DNA of 11,867 bases, counting the filler, from an uncultured virus (IMG/VR IMGVR_UViG_3300005239_001603) (lineage: Duplodnaviria; Heunggongvirae; Uroviricota; Caudoviricetes). It is 5 parts of one record of this genome, joined end to end, with 100 filler letters (N's around TTAATTAATTAA, not from the genome) between each part and the next. Parts side by side here need not be neighbours in the genome. Positions count along the whole stretch, not along the records: positions 4,851 to 9,001 come from IMGVR_UViG_3300005239_001603; positions 9,102 to 10,379 come from IMGVR_UViG_3300005239_001603; positions 10,480 to 11,867 come from IMGVR_UViG_3300005239_001603; 2 more parts are not named here. One strand, given 5' to 3'. Position numbers and translations under genes: made by a program. Under the pieces are notes generated by a model, which worked only from the letters and a program-made list of their open reading frames with translations, was not told the DNA's origin and did no database searches. Shown piece after piece: positions 8,285 through 11,867 of this stretch. How positions within the stretch are numbered: the first letter of the stretch is position 1; every line of letters starts with the position of its first letter.

Positions 8285-8707
8285 TTAGTTCGTGTCTTGA
8301 TTATTTATCTCTTTCTGCTGCTTTAATAATTTCTGTAATTCTGAACTTGTCCCAACAAAGAGAGCGTTAGTTACACTAGTAGGACCTTTCTTTTCTTCTG
8401 TATCAAGATCCTTCATCTTCTTTTGAAGATCAATTAATTTATCTGCTGTATCCGCTACATGTTTGATGAGTTGACCAGCAACTTCATAAGCACGAGGATG
8501 ATCTGACGCTCGTGCCACATCAAGTATTCCATCTACTGCCTCCTGTCCTTTCATAACCAGATTATGTAATTGAGCACGAGAGTACTCATAGTCCTGGCGA
8601 ACATCTTGGGTTTCTGATTTTTTCAATTCACTTTTAATGTCTCTAGCTTTCTGAACCTCGGAAGGTTCAGTGCCAAAGACTTGATCTAATCCATCAAATG
8701 TACTCAT
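8285..8707 (-). CDS. gp16: Terminase small subunit gp16
   Basis: DYEYSRAQL, SDHPRAYEVAGQLIK and VTNALFVGTSSELQKLL motifs; downstream of gp15. Confidence 0.95.
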   Translation of the reverse strand: MSTFDGLDQVFGTEPSEVQKARDIKSELKKSETQDVRQDYEYSRAQLHNLVMKGQEAVDGILDVARASDHPRAYEVAGQLIKHVADTADKLIDLQKKMKDLDTEEKKGPTSVTNALFVGTSSELQKLLKQQKEINNQDTN

Positions 8708-9001
8708 GGTGTAATATCCTCATCCGCTCCACTTATAGGATTGCGTTGTTTGTTATCATCAAAATACTCTATAGTCTCTCCAAATCCAAAATCATCATCA
8801 GCATCTGCCGTGATAGGATCGGGGACAGCTGTATATCTAACTTCTCTCGGTGCAAGATTAACGTTAGTAGAAGTATAAGCGTCGGTAATGACTTTGGTGA
8901 TGGTAGAGGATTCGCTGACTGGACCATAAACATATGTTTTCACTGTAAATTGCAAAGTGTAAATGATTGCTCTACGAGAAGAAAATCTCCCTCATACTGA
9001 T
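8704..9001 (-). CDS. gp15: Tail sheath stabilizer/terminator gp15, 3' part; apparent 1-nt deletion at about 8982-8985
   Basis: QYEGDF / SSRRAIIYTLQFTVKTYVYGPV...ADADDDFGFGE matches the gp15 C-terminal YEGDF..RR.IIYTL.F..K.Y.YGP motif. Confidence 0.92.
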
Positions 9002-9101
9002 NNNNNNNNNNNNNNNNNNNNNNNNNNNNNNNNNNNNNNNNNNNNTTAATTAATTAANNNNNNNNNNNNNNNNNNNNNNNNNNNNNNNNNNNNNNNNNNN
9101 N
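9002..9101. other. Artificial contig spacer (linker at 9046-9057) joining the late region to the early region
   Basis: N-run with TTAATTAATTAA. Confidence 0.98.
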
Positions 9102-9165
9102 GAGAATGTCTGCTATCTACGACTTCCTCTGAATCTGTCTGATAGATTACTGAATATCTTGCCAT
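9102..9165 (-). CDS. Hypothetical protein, 5' fragment
   Basis: TAATG stop/start overlap at 9163-9167. MARYSVIYQTDSEEVVDSRHS runs into the gap. Confidence 0.55.
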
Positions 9166-9374
9166 TATAGAGTTGTTTGAGTAAATTGATTGGGGTTTTC
9201 TTTCTTCCACTCTGACCACCCTGCAAGTGTATCCGAGTGTTCTACAGTACCTGCTGACACTAAGTAGTCTGCACATGCGTACATACGATTGTCTAGGCGT
9301 CCCTCATATCGTATGAGTGACTCCAGAATTCTCGTGCGATCATCTTGGCGGTCTTGGCGGATCTTCACGTCCAT
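9165..9374 (-). CDS. Hypothetical protein
   Basis: 69-aa ATG-initiated ORF on the coding strand, coupled to the next ORF. Confidence 0.7.
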   Translation of the reverse strand: MDVKIRQDRQDDRTRILESLIRYEGRLDNRMYACADYLVSAGTVEHSDTLAGWSEWKKENPNQFTQTTL

Positions 9375-9539
9375 TTTTTACTGGCAAAAATTTTTTTAAT
9401 CTCTGGGGAAATCATCAACCCAATTATTATATATCTGGGTTGTGGGAACCTTTGTAGGTTAGGGTAGTGTTGCGTTTTATATACGGCCGCCCCGACCGCC
9501 CAAACCCTTACAGGGACTGCGATCTCAGCGACTGCAATG

Positions 9540-9568
9540 ATAATAACATGTTTTGTGCTAAATGTCAA
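9540..9568 (-). promoter_or_regulatory. Sigma70-type promoter TTGACA-17-TATTAT with extended -10 TG
   Basis: -35 at 9563-9568 (perfect), -10 at 9540-9545, 17-nt spacer. Confidence 0.8.
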
Positions 9569-9572
9569 CTAG

Positions 9573-9605
9573 TGTGGAAAACCTGTGGAAAACTTAATAT
9601 CCACA
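9573..9605. promoter_or_regulatory. Cluster of three DnaA-box-like 9-mers
   Basis: TTTTCCACA on the minus strand at 9573-9581 and 9584-9592 (11-bp period). ATATCCACA on the plus strand at 9597-9605. Confidence 0.6.
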
Positions 9606-9623
9606 GGTGCCCTCTAAGTGATA

Positions 9624-9965
9624 TCAAGCGAAGACGTAACCTGACACAAACTCCTCATTCTTAAATACTTTCTCAGAACCAACTTGTCCAACGAACTTAC
9701 GCACAAACCACTTATAGTTCTTTTGGAATACACCCTCACCAGTGATGCAGAACTCATTACATAATGCATTCAATCTGGATTTAGTTGTAGTTGACTGCCA
9801 ACCGCCATCATAGATTGTCATGCTATCTTCGTCCACTGTTGCAATCTGGTTGCCGTGGAGATAGATGAAACTAACGCCTTCAATCGTGATCACCTGAGTG
9901 TTACCACTTTTGAAATCTTTGTTTGCCTGGATAGCGGCGTTCATCTGGGTTTCAATCTTACGCAT
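9624..9965 (-). CDS. Hypothetical early-region protein
   Basis: 113-aa ORF with its own promoter; MRKIETQMNAAI...YLHGNQIA...DGGWQSTTTKSRLNAL. Confidence 0.88.
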   Translation of the reverse strand: MRKIETQMNAAIQANKDFKSGNTQVITIEGVSFIYLHGNQIATVDEDSMTIYDGGWQSTTTKSRLNALCNEFCITGEGVFQKNYKWFVRKFVGQVGSEKVFKNEEFVSGYVFA

Positions 9966-10021
9966 GAGAGTCTTAGAAGAGGTTTAGAGGGCGGGAGAGG
10001 TGCTGTCCCCTCCACTCCTAT

Positions 10022-10076
10022 AAGATACACGATTTTGGTGCCCTGTGCCGTCTCCTTGTGCCACTTAGTCAACTGA
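10022..10076 (-). promoter_or_regulatory. Early-type promoter: degenerate palindromic element (10057-10076), 29 nt, then -10 TATCTT
   Basis: TCAGTT-GACT-AAGTGGCACA on the minus strand, with the same spacing to the -10 box as the two exact copies. Confidence 0.65.
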
Positions 10077-10097
10077 TTGAGGCAGCTGGCCTGAGTA

Positions 10098-10298
10098 TCA
10101 TTTAGTGGACATACTTTCTTCCTTAATTACCATACACCAACCAATTGATTTAATATAGTCAAATGGTGAAGTTCTCTCAGTCTGAGGATATCTCTCTCCC
10201 CTTGAGTTTCTTACACCATCAACGTAAAGTTCTAAATCATAGATGCTGCTGAAAGTACCTCTGAGGGCATCATCGTTGTCATACAGATTGAAGACCAT
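10098..10298 (-). CDS. Hypothetical early-region protein
   Basis: 66-aa ORF directly behind a near-consensus promoter. Confidence 0.75.
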   Translation of the reverse strand: MVFNLYDNDDALRGTFSSIYDLELYVDGVRNSRGERYPQTERTSPFDYIKSIGWCMVIKEESMSTK

Positions 10299-10322
10299 AC
10301 TTTTCTTATATCTGACATTGTT

Positions 10323-10351
10323 ATTCTACTTATATTTGGGAGATTTGTCAA
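10323..10351 (-). promoter_or_regulatory. Sigma70-type promoter TTGACA-17-TAGAAT
   Basis: -35 at 10346-10351 (perfect), -10 at 10323-10328. Confidence 0.85.
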
Positions 10352-10379
10352 GTAGTGGTATATGAGGAATGCTGATGTT

Positions 10380-10479
10380 NNNNNNNNNNNNNNNNNNNNN
10401 NNNNNNNNNNNNNNNNNNNNNNNTTAATTAATTAANNNNNNNNNNNNNNNNNNNNNNNNNNNNNNNNNNNNNNNNNNNN
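10380..10479. other. Artificial contig spacer (linker at 10424-10435)
   Basis: N-run with TTAATTAATTAA. Confidence 0.98.
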
Positions 10480-10742
10480 CATGCCATGGGAGCATACTCA
10501 GAGCGAGGCATTTTGTCGGTGTGGTAGTCAGTAACTGTTGCACCGCTAGCAATACGCTCCATCCACTCATTACGTGCTGTGAGTGCTGTCACAGTGCTAT
10601 AAGACTTAGCACCGTTATCAATGAATGTCACACGCTTGTTGAAACGTTTGACAACAACTTTCATGCCTTTGATATCATCTGACTCAGCGATGAATGCCTC
10701 AGGGAAGAAATCAACGGTACAGATGGAGTTTGTGAGTTGCAT
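10480..10742 (-). CDS. Hypothetical early-region protein (3' end at gap)
   Basis: MQLTNSICTVDFFPEAFIAE..., at least 87 codons, directly behind a promoter. Confidence 0.8.
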
Positions 10743-10767
10743 TGGTGTGTGTTTCTTTGACTCTTAT

Positions 10768-10828
10768 AGTATTGCACCGATTGGCGCGGAAATCAAGCGA
10801 TAGTGGACAGTTTGACCAACTGGCACAC
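10768..10828 (-). promoter_or_regulatory. Early-type promoter: 26-bp palindromic element (10803-10828), TTGATT-17-AATACT
   Basis: GTGTGCCAGTTGGTCAAACTGTCCAC on the minus strand; -35 at 10791-10796, -10 at 10768-10773. Confidence 0.75.
10803..10828. repeat. 26-bp exact direct repeat, copy 1 (imperfect palindrome)
   Basis: GTGGACAGTTTGACCAACTGGCACAC, identical to 11835-11860. Confidence 0.97.
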
Positions 10829-10835
10829 GCTGGGT

Positions 10836-11069
10836 TTAATTCTCTTCGTCTTCGCGTGTAAGATCAGGAGCGAAAATGATCTCAACCTCACCATCTTGAG
10901 GGTCTTGACCATCAACTACCCACTCTTCATAACAGGCAATTGCATCAAATGGGCGCTCATTTGCATTTGTTACCATAGCAGCGTAATAAGACTCGCCCAT
11001 AGTATCAATCATATGCTGTTGATCATCAGTCTCGTTGAATGTGAAGAGGTCTAGAGTAGTGTCAAACAT
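10836..11069 (-). CDS. Small acidic hypothetical protein
   Basis: Probable ATG at 11069 (MFDTTLDLF...), 77 aa, D/E-rich. Confidence 0.75.
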   Translation of the reverse strand: MFDTTLDLFTFNETDDQQHMIDTMGESYYAAMVTNANERPFDAIACYEEWVVDGQDPQDGEVEIIFAPDLTREDEEN

Positions 11070-11103
11070 GTTAGTTAGGGAGTGTGAGTGTGTGGAGTTA
11101 GAG

Positions 11104-11316
11104 TTAGTCGCGGAAGACTTCTTTAGCGTCAATGTACTTTACGGGAAACCCATAGTGATGAACAAGCACTTCAATCAAGTGGTCTTGATCTTCAGCGTTC
11201 CAGTAATCAACGTAGTTACAGCAATGATCAGTGTAGTCCATTTGTTTGTCTGGTGGACATTCAAAGTCTACATCTTCAAAATCAAATACAATAGCAGTGA
11301 CAGTAAATTTCTTCAT
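11104..11316 (-). CDS. Small acidic hypothetical protein
   Basis: Probable ATG at 11316 directly after the upstream stop (MKKFTVTAIVFDFED...). Confidence 0.75.
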   Translation of the reverse strand: MKKFTVTAIVFDFEDVDFECPPDKQMDYTDHCCNYVDYWNAEDQDHLIEVLVHHYGFPVKYIDAKEVFRD

Positions 11317-11317
11317 G

Positions 11318-11509
11318 TCAGTTGAATCCTTTCTTGGTTTTGTAGTCATGGACAATAACAGTTTGATTGGTGATAGTTTGTTGCCACCAATACTGTCTTA
11401 CATGTTCATAATCATCAAACCGTTTGCCATTGATAGTGTAGTAGTGCCTATCATATGGTTTGTCTGATGTATGAGTGAACCAATCAGATTGTTTAATTGT
11501 TGGTGTCAT
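11318..11509 (-). CDS. Hypothetical protein
   Basis: 63-aa aromatic-rich ORF with a TAATG overlap to the upstream gene. Confidence 0.78.
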   Translation of the reverse strand: MTPTIKQSDWFTHTSDKPYDRHYYTINGKRFDDYEHVRQYWWQQTITNQTVIVHDYKTKKGFN

Positions 11510-11772
11510 TAGTCTACGAGTTCCTGCATCATTTCGTTAACCTCTATACCATTTATATTAACATCATCCCACTTGCATCCGTCTGGTGTTTCCTTACTAC
11601 CAAAGTCATTCAAGAGACTATAAACCAAGTCACCGTATGATCCACCGTTCCTTGCAGTCTCGCAAGCAAGGTTATACAAACCCTCATCATTACCGATCCA
11701 AAGTGATACGTTCCAGGTCTCCCAGTTTGTCCAACCGTTGTAGGTCTCGTTCTGTGTGGTGGTGGCGGTCAT
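11509..11772 (-). CDS. Hypothetical early-region protein with YNGWTNWETW motif
   Basis: Probable ATG at 11772 after AAGGA. Contains YNGWTNWETWNVSLWIGNDEGLY and TPDG..W; first gene behind a promoter. Confidence 0.85.
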   Translation of the reverse strand: MTATTTQNETYNGWTNWETWNVSLWIGNDEGLYNLACETARNGGSYGDLVYSLLNDFGSKETPDGCKWDDVNINGIEVNEMMQELVD

Positions 11773-11799
11773 GGTGGTTTCCTTGATTTCCATACTGTT

Positions 11800-11860
11800 A
11801 GTATGGCATGCTATGGGGTGCTTTGGGGGGTTTGGTGGACAGTTTGACCAACTGGCACAC
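11800..11860 (-). promoter_or_regulatory. Early-type promoter: 26-bp palindromic element (11835-11860), 29 nt, then extended -10 TGC-CATACT; no recognisable -35
   Basis: Identical element to 10803-10828 with identical spacing to the -10 box at 11800-11805. Confidence 0.72.
11835..11860. repeat. 26-bp exact direct repeat, copy 2
   Basis: Identical to 10803-10828. Confidence 0.97.
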
Positions 11861-11867
11861 CAGGATC

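Noticed and set aside
8980..8987. Frameshift in gp15
   Set aside because: An A-run is one base short about 20 nt from a contig end, typical of homopolymer error.
9343..9360. 9-bp tandem duplication TCTTGGCGG x2
   Set aside because: An in-frame RQD-RQD duplication near a protein N-terminus; too short to be meaningful.
8704..9374. Unusual adjacency of gp15 to early genes, with gp13/gp14 absent (likewise gp19 absent near 3060-3159)
   Set aside because: The junctions are artificial spacers of unknown true length and order.
9365..9664. ORFs 9365-9568 (-) and 9467-9664 (+)
   Set aside because: Both have non-ATG starts. The first begins on the -35 hexamer itself, and the second is antisense to all other genes and crosses the promoter and DnaA boxes.
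3104..10435. Four copies of the palindrome TTAATTAATTAA
   Set aside because: Each is centred in a 100-nt N spacer; it is an artificial six-frame-stop linker, not biological.
10803..11860. The 26-bp repeat as a CRISPR repeat, IS end or att site
   Set aside because: There are only two exact copies 1 kb apart with genes between them, and no cas, transposase or integrase gene in the window. The fixed spacing to -10 boxes favours a promoter element.

Overview
Gapped draft sequence of a T4-like cyanophage-type myovirus; every credible gene is on the minus strand. Bases 1-9001 are the late structural/packaging region. In transcription order it runs gp15 (3' part), gp16, small hypothetical genes (three membrane-type), an SNase-like nuclease, a 2OG-Fe(II) oxygenase, gp17 (split by a gap), gp18 (5' part), gp20 (3' tip), a prohead-core-position gene, gp21, gp22 and gp23 (5' part). 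T4 late-promoter motifs (TATAAATA or a TAAATA core) precede several of these genes. Bases 9102-11867 look like the early/hyperplastic region: small hypothetical genes behind sigma70-type promoters. Four 100-nt N spacers carry an artificial TTAATTAATTAA linker and there is one 530-N gap, so adjacency across gaps is unreliable. Single-base deletions in gp23, gp18 (two) and gp15 look like sequencing errors. The most interesting signals are: (i) a palindromic element in three copies, each exactly 29 nt upstream of a -10 box; (ii) three cyanobacterial-type DnaA boxes abutting a strong promoter that fires into a G-rich, hairpin-containing, AT-rich non-coding tract (candidate origin or regulatory RNA); (iii) a CBM5/12-like aromatic module inserted in the tail sheath protein.
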